IMG/VR virus record: IMGVR_UViG_3300021426_000006
Coordinates: 39,223-103,222 of that record
Source of the DNA: a virus
Taxonomy: Duplodnaviria > Caudoviricetes
DNA: 64,000 nucleotides
Reading direction: 5' to 3' (one strand)
Positions 12,832 to 24,954 of the stretch are shown here, piece after piece. Position 1 is the first letter of the stretch. Every line of letters begins with the position of its first letter. Under the pieces are notes generated by a model. That model did no database searches. It was given only the letters and a program-made list of their open reading frames with translations, and had not been told where the DNA came from. A program made the position numbers and the translations under genes.

Positions 12832-13208
12832 ATAAATTCAGACCAATCAATAGTTATATGCATTCCGTCAATATCCGAAAGCCAACGATTAAAAACTTGT
12901 CCGTCATAACCGTCTGGGTCATCTATAACACCTTTTATATATTTACAAAGGTGCTATTCGTCATTTGGTACTGCATTCCCAAGGAAGTCTGCTTTGCACA
13001 TGTTTGCAACATATACATAGTCGTAAAGCATATTATACTAAAGCTTAGTGTTAGTGAGTTTTAATTTGTCATCTATTTCCTGTTTCGTGAAAGGTTTTAA
13101 TTCTCCGTTTTCATCCGACATTAAGCTGACTGCAAACTGACACAAATCTTTAGTAAAATGCGGGCCAAATAATTTTAAATACTTCTTAAAACTTTTAGTT
13201 GCTTCCAT
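12828..13208 (-). CDS. Bacteroidota-phage hypothetical protein (126 aa), TAG=Gln; absent from the ORF track
   Basis: Open from ATG 13208 to TGA 12828 with 2 TAG codons; YDYVYVANMCKADF...DDPDGYDGQVFNRW. Confidence 0.75.
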
Positions 13209-13704
13209 TTCCTTGTCTAGTTAACATTGATTCCAGTCTCGCCAGAACATCTTCCATGCGATCCATTCTACCAGAAATGTCGTTTATGGCATCGTCTCTT
13301 TCCTGTTCTTTTGCGTATACAGGATTCAACTGTTTTAAAATGTTTTCGCAAGCTTCGATATTTGTTTTGTGCTGTTCTACGCTAGCCAAAACACTTTTGC
13401 TATTCTAAAGCATTGCGTCAACTTCCTGTATCATACCTTCTTTAGTTTCGCTAATGACATAGTCACCATACGAATGAATAGTACTATTACTAGGAATACC
13501 TACAAACTCTTTTTTCTCGTTACCAATTTTAACTATTATATCTACAACACTTTGCAAATTAGTACCAAAACTAACAGCGGGGTTGTAGGTCTTATACATA
13601 GGATGAGGGGCTGTCACATTCTCGACATACCCTGTTACAACTTTAGGTTCTCCTGTTTTATCCAAAATGTGAAGAACTGTTCCTTGGCGTAATCCTGAAA
13701 ACAT
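13195..13704 (-). CDS. hypothetical protein with C-terminal coiled coil (169 aa), TAG=Gln
   Basis: Track ORFs 13405-13704 and 13195-13389 joined across one TAG. Confidence 0.75.
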
Positions 13705-13760
13705 ATTAATTAAAAAATTAAGAGTTTTCTGGGGGTAATATATACCCCCTTAAACTCGAG

Positions 13761-14138
13761 TTAAACAAATCTACCCATGCGGTCACGACGACGCATACGC
13801 ATTGCGCGGCGTCTGTAAGCGCGAGAGTTACGCATATCCATATCGTCTACATCATGATTACGCATGCTAGAACGCATTGCATAATTACGATTATATCTAT
13901 ATGACCCGCGTCTACGAAAATCAATATCTTGATCTTCGTCAGATTCTTCAACAGGTTCATAACGATCTTCGGACTCATCATATTCGTCTTCGTCTTCTTC
14001 TGAAGACTCAAAACAATCATAAAGCGTCTCTTTAAGCTCGCAGAGAGCCATCTTTTTCTTATGTCCAAGATCTTCAATCTCGTCGATAAGGTCGAAGGCT
14101 TTATCCTTTGCTGCTTGACGCGTTTCTATTATTATCAT
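13761..14138 (-). CDS. hypothetical protein, acidic middle and Arg-rich tail
   Basis: Intact 125-aa ORF within the operon. Confidence 0.7.
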   Translation of the reverse strand: MIIIETRQAAKDKAFDLIDEIEDLGHKKKMALCELKETLYDCFESSEEDEDEYDESEDRYEPVEESDEDQDIDFRRRGSYRYNRNYAMRSSMRNHDVDDMDMRNSRAYRRRAMRMRRRDRMGRFV

Positions 14139-14164
14139 AATTTGTAAAAATTAAATGGTTAATA

Positions 14165-14497
14165 TTAAGCTGCAAGAGCAGAGGTAATCTGCAAGATACC
14201 GTTAAACCTGTCATTAAATACAGTAATTACACCAGTACCGGTGATGTCTGCAGCAGTTACGGGAGTCCCATTAAAAAAGGTGAGTGCACGGGTGACGCCG
14301 TTGAGCGTGATAGATACTGGTAATGTACCAGTAGTATCAGCTGGGATGGCGTCAGCAATGCGAACCGTAAAATACCCGACAGGCTATATTCTGCGGAATC
14401 CAAGAGCGAACTCCACAGCAGTGTCGTTTACAGTTACATTGGTCGTGCTCAGATAAGGAACTCCATTTACATTAGTAGTTACATTAAAGCACCCCAT
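14165..14497 (-). CDS. beta-rich hypothetical protein (110 aa), TAG=Gln; absent from the ORF track
   Basis: ATG 14497 to TAA 14165 with one TAG; MGCFNVTTNVNGVPYL...SALAA. Confidence 0.75.
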
Positions 14498-14510
14498 ATT
14501 ACATCCTCAA

Positions 14511-15434
14511 TTAAAATGAAACATTGTTACCCCAGAAACCATTTCCGAAGCCGTTAAAACCACCATAGAAACCACCGCTCACATATGGAGTTGTGTTAAC
14601 TGCGGTCAACTGCGGCCACTGTACAGGTACAGTATTTGGCTGAGCAGATTTGATTGCTACGAGCTGGTTCTGTATATCGTTAAATCTCTCATTGAGTAAA
14701 ATAGTCTGTCTTTCGTTATTAGCGTTAGAACGAAGAAGAGCATTATCAGCAGTAAGAGAATCAATTTTATTCTGCAGCTCGCGTTTCTCAAGATCGCAGA
14801 ACTTGTCGTTGATCATGACACTTTGAGCATTGATAGCTTCAGTTATGTCTCGAGCATTCCGCTCGGCCTGATTAGACAGAGTATTAGTCTACTGACACAT
14901 ACCAAGCTGATCAGCAGCCTGATTTGCAGCCATTTGAGACTGAATAGTATTTGTCTACTGAGCAATAGCAAGACGGTTCTCACAGCAGCACTGACAGATC
15001 TGAGAAGCTATTGAAGCATTTCCAGCCTGTATTGCATTCTGTAATTGTAAACCGCTCATGCCTACTTGAGTACCAACAGAGTTGATAGCGTTGTTCAATG
15101 TGAATATACCATTCTGAACAGTATTGACTTCGGTGTTAAGCAGATTTGCGATGCTGTTAATAGAATCGCGGTTGCCTTGAATAGCATTCATCAGAAGCTC
15201 ACGACCTGTGTCGTTATTCATCTGATTGGACAGGAAACCTGCACCGTTGCCAAAACCGCCACCAAAACCATTGTTGCCATAAGCACCACCCCAGATAAGC
15301 CAGAGGAACAGGATCCATATCCAGTTACCGTTTCCACCAAATCCACCGTTGTTGTTTAAGGCTAGCAGCAAATTAGGATCAATGCTGCTGTTGTTTCCGT
15401 ACTCAGGAAACATCATAATTTTTGAATTTTCCAT
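14511..15434 (-). CDS. Gly/Asn-rich protein with one hydrophobic segment, CCC motif and coiled coil (307 aa), TAG=Gln
   Basis: Joined across 2 TAG codons in repeated Q(Q)TN contexts; WIWILFLWLIWGG; CQCCCENR. Confidence 0.8.
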
Positions 15435-15600
15435 AATTTAGTTTTAAATGATTAATGATTAATAAACATCTTTCGATGCTGTTGATTACAAAGGAAGGTT
15501 ATCTTTAACCAACCTTTGCTCTCAACACCAAAACACTTTTTAACGTGGGTGTTACCACATAATCATCATCTTTAATCATTAAAACTAATAGGAATTAGTA

Positions 15601-15643
15601 GCGACCTCGGTGGAATCGAACCACCTTATATACCATAGAGGCC
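15601..15643 (-). ncRNA. tRNA-like minihelix (acceptor-like stem plus T-arm)
   Basis: GGCCTC/GAGGTC stem stacked on GGTGG-TTCGATT-CCACC; 12-nt linker, no D or anticodon arm. Confidence 0.55.
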
Positions 15644-15675
15644 TCCCCATTTTAGACAGTCGGGGATCTGTTATA

Positions 15676-16764
15676 TTAATTCAATAACGTATCTCCAGTA
15701 TTGGAATTTATCTTTTCGACAAATTGTGTATCCAATTGCGACATTGGCAATATTCTGGATGACACACTACTCCAACCAGTATCGCTTGTATAAACACTAA
15801 CCGCAGAGTCTGGCACATATATGTTTATCTTGCTTAGCACGTTTCCTCCAAGTGATCCTTGAGTAAACGAAAACGTTGTCATGTCGTCAGCGTCGCTTTC
15901 ATCCGTAAACACCATAGGTGGAGTTGCGCAGTTTATTACAAGATTGACCGTAGACGGATATTCGTTGGCATTACCATCAAACATTTTGTAGTGTATATAC
16001 TAGATGTCGCTCCCGATATAAATAAGATTTAAATTCGGAACGTGTCTCACTGTGTATTGCAGCATATATACTACTTTTGGCAAATATATTTCTCTTGCGC
16101 CATTGTCGCACAAACACGCGTGATTAGCTCGTGTCACGTTTGGACATACTATCTTCTATAAGTTAGGAGTTGTATCTTCATTTGCTCTACTATCACCAGC
16201 TGTTTCTTTATCCGCACTAGCATTTCCAAATATACTTCCAGACTAGTTTTTATATTTTCTACGCGAAAGTTCAGTAAGATTTCCTGTATTCAAAAAGGTC
16301 AAACTACCAGATCGTATAAATCTTCGGGCAATATTTCTTAAATTTGGAAAAACGCTGAGGTCTATCGTAGTTATAGAATCGTTTATAAATATATTATGGA
16401 AGTCCTATGCTCTCTAATTCTAATTTGTACTATACAACCAATAATCCGTGATAATACTTGCAGAATCAAATGTCACTACGTTGTTTGACTACTAGACACC
16501 GTAGTTTTGTAAAAACGATGCGACACGGCCTTCAAGAATAGAGTCTTCAAAATACATAAGCCTTGTTGTAGCAGATATATAAAGATGGCCTTCAAACCTA
16601 CCTGTTAAATAATTATATTGGTGATCATAAATTTGGTCTACCTATAACCGTCCTTCAAGTATCACATTTTCACTATCCAATGCAAGATTGTATAAACGTT
16701 CTATTATATTATACGAAACCGCTTCCGTACTGCCGGTATTTTGCTATATTTTTAATGTTGTCAT
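15676..16764 (-). CDS. BspA-like leucine-rich-repeat protein (362 aa), TAG=Gln
   Basis: Open from ATG 16764 through 10 TAG codons; LRR-like units (IDLSVFPNL, L(Q)KIVCPNV, EIYLPKV) and the C-terminal IYVPDSAVSVY...W cap. Confidence 0.75.
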
Positions 16765-16766
16765 GT

Positions 16767-19700
16767 TTAAGAAACGTTTAAAATTTTACCGAACATCGCA
16801 AACGTCTTTGTATTAGAAATATTCTAAATATCAAGGTGCGATATATTTGAAGAATTTTGTACAGATGTATTGTTTGGTTGTAACACTACAGGACTGTTTA
16901 ATATCACTTTGGTAGGAGTTCCTAACTACAAATTAGTTATTTTTGAAGCCGTAGGCAATATTACATTCAACGATGTATTTTGTACATTAACGTCTGTTAT
17001 TTCAGTATTTGTAGATAAATCTATATCTCCAGAAAGTCCTGTACATCCGCTTAAAGATAGAACTTCAAGATTTGGTATATTTGTAAATACAAATTCTCCG
17101 TTTGTATTACGTAGCGAAGTACAGTTAGTAATACTAATACTTGTGATGTTTGGGATATAATTTAAAAATGAACTGCCTGTATACATAATTAGGGTTCTAA
17201 GCGTCTCTCCTGAATTTTCAGTTATCTATAGCTCGCCCGTTAAAGAAAGCAAATCTAATCTATAAACGCTATTTCCTATAGAATGAGACGACTTGGCGTC
17301 TATAATTCTATACAATACTGGGTTACTTATTGTGTCAAACAAAGCAGTTGAATCGTTGATTATAATCAAAGATTTACTTACTTCTATAGTTTTGTTAGAA
17401 GCAAAAACCCATTTGATGTTAATAGCATACTCTATTATACTATCATCTATTGGAAAGTTATTAGAAGCCCAAGTAGCATTTATAGAACCGTCGTCGTTGC
17501 TTTGAACGTCTATTGTATTGTCCCAATTAGAAGTAGTTATCGTATTTGTAGACTTATTGTATTGTATGTGGCCTCCTGTAGAATTTTCTATCGTGTACAA
17601 AATGTTGGAAACAGTAGCCGTAGTATCCTGGTTGGTGGTACAGTATAATTTGGCTGACGCACCAGAGCCTACAAATGCAATAAAGTTACCGCTAGACTTT
17701 ACGTAATTTCCATTTAGAGAAGTATACGCCACAGATAAATCTGTTGGATATGTAACACCAATAATATGTATAGTAACATATTGGTCTTGTACACCTAAAG
17801 TAACATGCACCCTTACGTCGTAGTTGTGACCTACTTGTGATTCCCTAGTCTGTAAATAAGCAAATCCATCACCAGATAGCTCTGGGTTTATTATTGAACA
17901 ACCTTGATATATAATTCTTCTAGTGGGATCTGTTGGTGTATCCATAGTCCACGTAAACTCATTGTTTATTTCGTCAGACAGCATGAAAGTTGTAGCGTTT
18001 AATGATGCACGACCACCTTCGTTTAAGTATATTTCACCGTCCTGTATATAAGCATCTCCGCCTACAATAATTTGCGTGTATTCTAACTCATGGTCTACAA
18101 CAAGTCCGGACGAGTTTCTATCAAATACCGAATCACCAAACCACTCTTTTATCTTACCGAGTTGAAGTGTAGTCAATGGAGTACCGTCTTCATTTTTCAA
18201 TAGAATATAACCCCTAAGATTATGATTCATTTGAGCAATTATTTCAAGCTCTTCATACGTAAGCATGTTTTCTGAACCTAATGAGTTGTCCCATCGTATC
18301 TTGTCGGCGTTGAATGCATACGAACTTAAATTTACATTGGCTTGCGCTGTTATCGATGCAATCCAGTTTTTTATAAATTTAATCGAATTTGCATTTTGAC
18401 AACTTATACCATTCATTGTAACAGAAGTCAAATTAGTAGGAATAGACTGCATTTTCTAAATCGTAGACGCAGATCCGTTCGACGAAGTAATTTCCCAAAA
18501 ACTAAGGTCTTCCCACGTAGAATCGTTCATGTACAGAGTGCTAACGCTAGACGGTAATTCAACATTGTTAAACGTGTTTCCAGAAGAAGAACTATAGAAA
18601 TCAGACAGCCCAGAACCCATCGCGTATACATTCTTTAAAGAAGAGATGTTGTTGTCGTGTATAAAGTCTCTGGTGCCAGTTTGATTTATTTGGCCCCTGA
18701 TGTTAAGCGTTTGCAAGTTCTCGAATGCTTCTTTTTGTCCACGAATAGCACCTCCTAGAGATCCTCTTACCGTAGTGTATGTATCTGTAGACACCCCGGT
18801 GAGTTTTGTTCCTATGTTTATCTCTTTTAAAGGAGAACCCAAAACTTTAGAATAAACACCAGTAAAATCTACGGCATCGAGTCCAGCAGCTATTTCACTA
18901 AGATCTACTGTGTCCATAAAATTCGCACCATATATATGGAACGGGTTTTTCGTATTTAGTACTGGAGCTACATAACTTAACGGATTGTTCGGACTTACCT
19001 GTTCGGTGTGTATTGTTTTATTATCCTTTTGTATTACTATATAAGTAGATTTATTTGGGATAATATTTATTTTTGCGTTAGACCCTTCCGATACGTTGGC
19101 AGTAATATATATAGAGTGATTCTTATAATCTCCGCAGAACCACTTTGCGTCATAATAATCCATTGATGTACTTAACCACCAATGTCTATGAGTCATTCTA
19201 GCTCCCTGCAACCATCTGAGCCATTCATTATCTGTACCTCTGGACTGTATATATTTAAAATCTCCACTCTTATTGTACATTGTTTCACACCAGGCATTCG
19301 CATAGTTTTCATCAAACATTTCAGAAACATTGTTGTACGAAAGTCCTGCTTCATGCAATGCGTCTGCTGTCTTTGGAACTATTGTGTTGGCCCAATATGG
19401 CCACGCTTCTAAAGCATCCCATAGCCAATTGCTTGTGACAATATTACCATTACTATCAGCACTCCTACCAGATATTGCATATGTAGTAATACTACCAGGG
19501 AGTTTGGTATTTCTATCGATAGGTGGATTATAGGCAATACCGCCATCGTTTTTATTACCAAGAGCAATATCCATATCCCACGGTTCATAATGGAAATGAA
19601 CACCATCGTATGTCTTTATTTGAGCGTTTCTTTCCATCGAGTCAACAAGACCGAAACGTAAAACGAAGATGTAATATGCAGCCATTTTATATAGATCCAG

Positions 19701-22700
19701 GTGATCGGCCGCTTCGTCTTGGAACTTTTGTTGATTGTTTCTGGTACTTACAACCCATTTAAACCAATCAACGAAAGGCTTAGCTTTCTTCGCAAACTTA
19801 GAGTTGTCACCAAACTTATCTGTTCCGTCTGATACATCTCCTGCCAGATCGTCTGGATCTGGGTATATCATCTCGAACGCGCGTTCCCATTTATACCGTT
19901 TTTCCGAAGAACCTTCTTCGTTTGAAGCATACTCTGTTTCATCGAATCCGTCAGAAGTCATATATGATGAATACATGTTGTTTGACTCAACGACTTCTAT
20001 GCGCAAAACGTTACCGTTGTCCCAAATCTTATTTTCAGACTTATCGTCGCTTTTGTGAGTAGTAGTTAAACAGAATGGGTCTTGTTGTACTTTGTATATG
20101 CTGCGTTCTCCATACAAGAAATCAGATTTCTTATCATCCATAAACACGTATTGGCCCAAGAATGTTTGTGTGTCGTCGTTTACATTCTGATAAAATACAG
20201 CGCATGGAATTGAATCTGGAGACACTCTTAGTTCATATGGAAAATCGCTGTTTGGAAAATAGTCATTCCACACAGAATCTAAGTTATACAAATCCTTTTG
20301 GTCCGATGGTATACTGGTGAATAATTGCGGTTCTGTACGAAGCTTATACTGGTCGTCTATTTCCGCATTATACCAGCTAGACTATATAAGTCTTTCCAAA
20401 CCTCCGTTATGTACGCCAGACGAGTCTGCATAGTTTGCTTGAAATACGAACTTGTTGGAAGGTATAGAGTTATCTTTCATCCTATACCTATTTTTATTAA
20501 GAGGTAATGGATCTTGTGGAGCTATTTCAAAAGTAGGAATCGCTGTAGAAGTAGATTTGTTAAACCACACTTTCATTGAAGGTATAGGATAGTTTAACGT
20601 ACTCTGTCCATGCTTCCTTATCTATATGTTGTTTATCTTAAAGTTTTTTGTAGAATCGTATGGACAGGTTCTTTCCAGTGTTACTTCTGATACAGAATCT
20701 TCTTTCTTCGCCTATTGATTCAAAATGTTTGAAAGATCTCCAGATATTAAGAACGTATCTATTTTGCTCTTACACAACTCGTAACTTATCTTGTCGCCTA
20801 CTCCTAGTATATTGTTGTTGTCGTATATTTCGACCTTGTTGTTGCTATCAAACACGTAGTTGTTATATGCTTGTGTGTATGTTATAGCATAGTTGTATAT
20901 GCGCATGTTATACACTCTTACACCCGAAGCAGATCCTCCTATTTTTATACCTCCTAAACTATTGTATGTTCCTCCTGCAGCATAGCTAGCACGTTCTAAT
21001 ATACCGTTGTTTACAATATAAGCCAAATTTGCTTCTTTTCCAGCAGAGTTACTACTGTTTATTATAAAAGCAAGTTTTAGTCTTTCGTTAGATTTATAGT
21101 TTGTATGAACAACCTCTTCGTTTGCATTGTTATACAGGGTAGCTGTGGTAGGAGTAATCTCGATTCTTGCTTGGTTTTCGGATCCTATTTTGATAAGTAC
21201 GTCATTGTCGTTGACTACCTTCTCTGTTTCGAATTCTACTTCAATGGTTTTTCCATCTGTGTTAATATCAAACCCAGCAAACGGATTGTGATTCGCAACT
21301 GCATATTCTCCAGTACCGCAAGTTCTGAAACTGTTTTCGTACCACCCTGAATTTGCGTTCCATTGTATACCTGTAAAGTTTACAGGTACTCCGTTTTGAG
21401 AATCTTCCCAAGTGGAATTATCTGTACTACTATTGGTTTTACCAAAGGCAGAAAGCTTGAACACATAAGAACCTGTTTCGCTTACATTAAAGTCATTATT
21501 TCGAGTTATATGAATGGGTATCCGCAACAGTTCTACATTGTTGTATTGTGCAGACAAAAACGTCAACGGCTGTGATTCTTCATCGTATTCGGAATATATT
21601 TCAGGAATGTATTGCAGATCTGGTGACTTTGTTTGCGTGTTTGCAGTAATCGTAGACAGTACTGTTGGATTTTGGTCTTCACTATCTTTGTATAGTTTCC
21701 AAGTAATTGTCAGTTTAGAATCACTTTGTTGGGCATCTGTATAATAACCCCAAGAAAGCTGTTGCTACATGTACTGCTGAGCAGTAAGTATCAACGAATT
21801 GAACGGAAATACGCCGCTGTCGAATGATGTAGATATTGGTATAAACTTTTCTACAGATATTTCCGGGTTAGCTATTACAAATGTATAGTATAACAGATTA
21901 CTGTTTATTACAGTACCCCCATCGTTATATGAAGATTGTGAATATATCTGCAGTGTATGTTTACCAGGCGCCAAATTAAACGCTATGGTTTTTTCTGTAT
22001 TTATTTTTACACCACTATTTGCCAGTACATCGGTTGTATATATTTCCTACGTATTTGTTCCGCTGTCTATAACAAAATAAACTTTTGCTGAACCGCTGTC
22101 ATCATTTCTTTCAAAGAAGCATGGTATTCGTACAGAACTCCCGCTTGTATATTTATCGTAGAATTTAAAATCGCTGGATACATTTAATTGTAACACAACT
22201 ATATTAAAATACGCAGAATTTCTTGCACCGCTTTCTGTGCCTCTACCGGATATTGTTATTGTATTCTTTCCAGCCTTTAGATAATTGTATATGCTAAAAT
22301 CAACAACATCTCCTTTATTATACCACCTGGTAAACGTGTTTGTCTTACCAGTAGATTCGTTGACTATTGTATATGTTACAGCAAGTCCTTCTGAAGATTC
22401 TCCTTCATCATTATAAATACTCCAACTATATTGTATTCTCGCTCCTATATTGTTGATGTCTCCCTGTCTTATATATTTGTTAGAATTGTCTAATCCAGCA
22501 AACGTCAGCTTATAGTCGCTCGGTCTAACAAAACTAAAAAGCTCTAACTCTGAATTATCGGAAGGATTTTCAGCCCACAGTTCATACGCCCGCTCGCTAG
22601 AGAACATCCTGTATTTATTGTTTGTTATATCCTCTTTTAAAACAAACGGCCGCTTAAGTCTGTCTTGTAATAATTGCCGGATTGATGCTCCGGATACTTG

Positions 22701-22790
22701 TTTTTTATCTGTTACGTCTTGTCCAGTGAAAGAATTAATACCTGTGATCCAATCCGTAAATTCGTCTATTACACCATTATATAAATCCAT
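16767..22790 (-). CDS. giant (2007 aa) tail/receptor-binding protein with CotH-like kinase domain and LRRs, TAG=Gln
   Basis: Seven track ORFs share one frame; the gaps contain only TAG stops. Motifs KHGQSTLNYP, FGLVDSMERN, PWDMDIALG; LamG-like segment before them; LRRs after. Confidence 0.75.
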
Positions 22791-22801
22791 TGTATTTACT
22801 T

Positions 22802-22975
22802 TTAATCTGCCCAAGGCGTGTTATCTGTCCAAGGATACTAATCTACCCAGTATCCGTTATAAAAACTCGAAAGTATTATACTAGGCCATATTTTTTGGCC
22901 GTACCAATATACAGCAATTACTGGAGTTGTTTTTGCGTATATAGCAGTAACATCTTTATTTCTAAACTTCAGCAT
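22802..22975 (-). CDS. small Trp-rich tail-associated protein (57 aa), TAG=Gln
   Basis: ATG 22975 to TAA 22802 with one TAG; GYWVD(Q)YPWTDNTPWAD. Confidence 0.65.
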
Positions 22976-22992
22976 TGTGTATAATATTTATG

Positions 22993-24324
22993 TTATACAG
23001 CCCAAGGACCGTAGTTACTCGTTTTAGCCCAGTTTATGAAAGTAATAATATCGCTTGCGTTACAAGTGTTTGAACCAACTTTAATCTCTATTTCCGAATC
23101 AGCCTTGAGTTTTATTGTATTTTCTGATTCTAGATTTAACCCTGTAGTCTATTTTCTAAACTTAACCCAAGTATAATCGCTAGGCGATGACGGATTTTCA
23201 ATATCGGATACTTTCAACCAGAATTCTGCTTTATCGCTTAAACTGTTCGCATAATCTGTAAAATAATCTTCTGTTGTGATTTGCATGTTATATGTAAGAT
23301 CGTCTAAAGTATAATACTCTCCTACATTAAATGTTTCCAACCAAATTTCATCAGCTTCTGATGGAGTTGTCTGTTCATCATTGGATTTATCTATAACCAC
23401 GTAAACAGTCTAGGTAGCAATTTCTAAATTACCCTTTTTAGTAATCTTTGCAGATGTTCCTGCTCCATTCAAAGCAGAAGCTGTTTCTATTATACTCTTG
23501 GTTGTAGCCGTCGGATCAGTATTATCAATGTTGTCATAGAAATCATCCGCAGCTTTAACATACTTGTACGAAGTAGTTGCGTCTGTAGCATCTGCCTTAT
23601 CTGAAGGAACTTTAGTACGTGTTGACATCTTCCATACACCATCCTTATTAAAACGATATTCGTCTGTGAATATAGATGTCTTTTCAGTATTAAACGTACC
23701 GAACTCCAAACCGTCTCCGCCGCCATGCTCAAACTTAATCTTATTCATATGGTTGTCTGAGTCATATCCTTTTGGCTGCAATGCGATACCTCCGTGTGAT
23801 TCTGATCTGAGATCGATAGCCTGTGCGCGAACCTTAAGATAACCTCTCGTGTTCTTTGCAGAGTTTACTGTAACGTCCATCACGTTCGCATTATTACCCA
23901 CTTTATCTTTTGTGGTAAGCAATATCTCAGATGCATTTAGCTGAAGTTTTGTTGGAATTTCGTCGTTTTCACTCTCCGTCAATACTTTTACAGACACTTC
24001 GTCATTTTTTGAAGTGCCTCTATGATGTGCCCAAAGTTCAATATCGTCTCCTGGTTTAAGCGCGATATTGCCGCCCTTTGCATTTGTAGCATCGCTAGCC
24101 TTACCTTCACCAGTACCAATAGCCTCACGAGGTTCAATATTTATATTGTTACTTCCTCTCAGTGTTACGTTTACACCGTTTGTTTTAGTGGTGTACTGTA
24201 TGTTGCCAGTCTCTTCATTTAGAAGGTTGTCTATCTTTTCAGCAACTTCTGGGGCAACTTGACCAACATCATAAGTTCCAGTTACATTACCGGATTGATC
24301 TTTAACTTGTATTTTTTTAATCAT
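22993..24324 (-). CDS. tail fibre/spike-like beta-rich protein (443 aa), TAG=Gln
   Basis: Track ORFs 23410-24324 and 23149-23400 plus a C-terminal extension, joined across 2 TAG codons; internal repeat GGNIALKP/GGIALQP. Confidence 0.7.
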
Positions 24325-24698
24325 GATATTATTAATATTTCGTTATCTACAATACCTGTTGTTATAAGTACATCTCCTTCCACATATCCGTTTAAAGATT
24401 GTAGTATATCGTCGTCTGTAGAAGGTTCATCTGGTATTACTGGTTCGTCTGGTGTATCAGGCTCTCCAGAATCGTCTTCTACAATAAAATATAAAACGTC
24501 ATCGTATGATTCTAAATTATTGTAATCAGACTAGCTTAATATTACGTTGGATGAATTGCCATTAAACATCACACCGTGTGTCCATATGGATTTTATATCC
24601 TTTATAAAAACTATAGACTTTTCATCCAACTTATTTTCCTATAAAGCTTTATCGAAAGAAGTTTTTGTATTAAAAAATACTTTGCTGTTCTTAATCAT
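24321..24698 (-). CDS. tail-fibre-associated protein (125 aa), TAG=Gln; absent from the ORF track
   Basis: 2 TAG codons; IVFIKDIKSIWTHG and a PDTPDEP linker; TGA overlaps the next ATG. Confidence 0.7.
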
Positions 24699-24713
24699 TA
24701 TACAGTCTATTAA

Positions 24714-24926
24714 TTACTTTTCTTTCAAAATAACATCTGTAATACCTTCCTTGCGATAATCTCCTTCTCCTTCGTGACGAGGTTCTGATACCATCACAAC
24801 ATCAAGGTCTCCATAAATGTTCTGCGCCTCTTTTGTTGTCATAGTAATGGTTTTTACAAGCGAACCATTTTCAACGTTTAGATATACGTTATCTGTAAGT
24901 ATCTCTACGTCCTTAAATTTTTTCAT
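24714..24926 (-). CDS. hypothetical protein (70 aa)
   Basis: Intact ORF in operon orientation. Confidence 0.6.
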   Translation of the reverse strand: MKKFKDVEILTDNVYLNVENGSLVKTITMTTKEAQNIYGDLDVVMVSEPRHEGEGDYRKEGITDVILKEK

Positions 24927-24954
24927 AACTTAATAATTGTTTTAAAATATTTGA

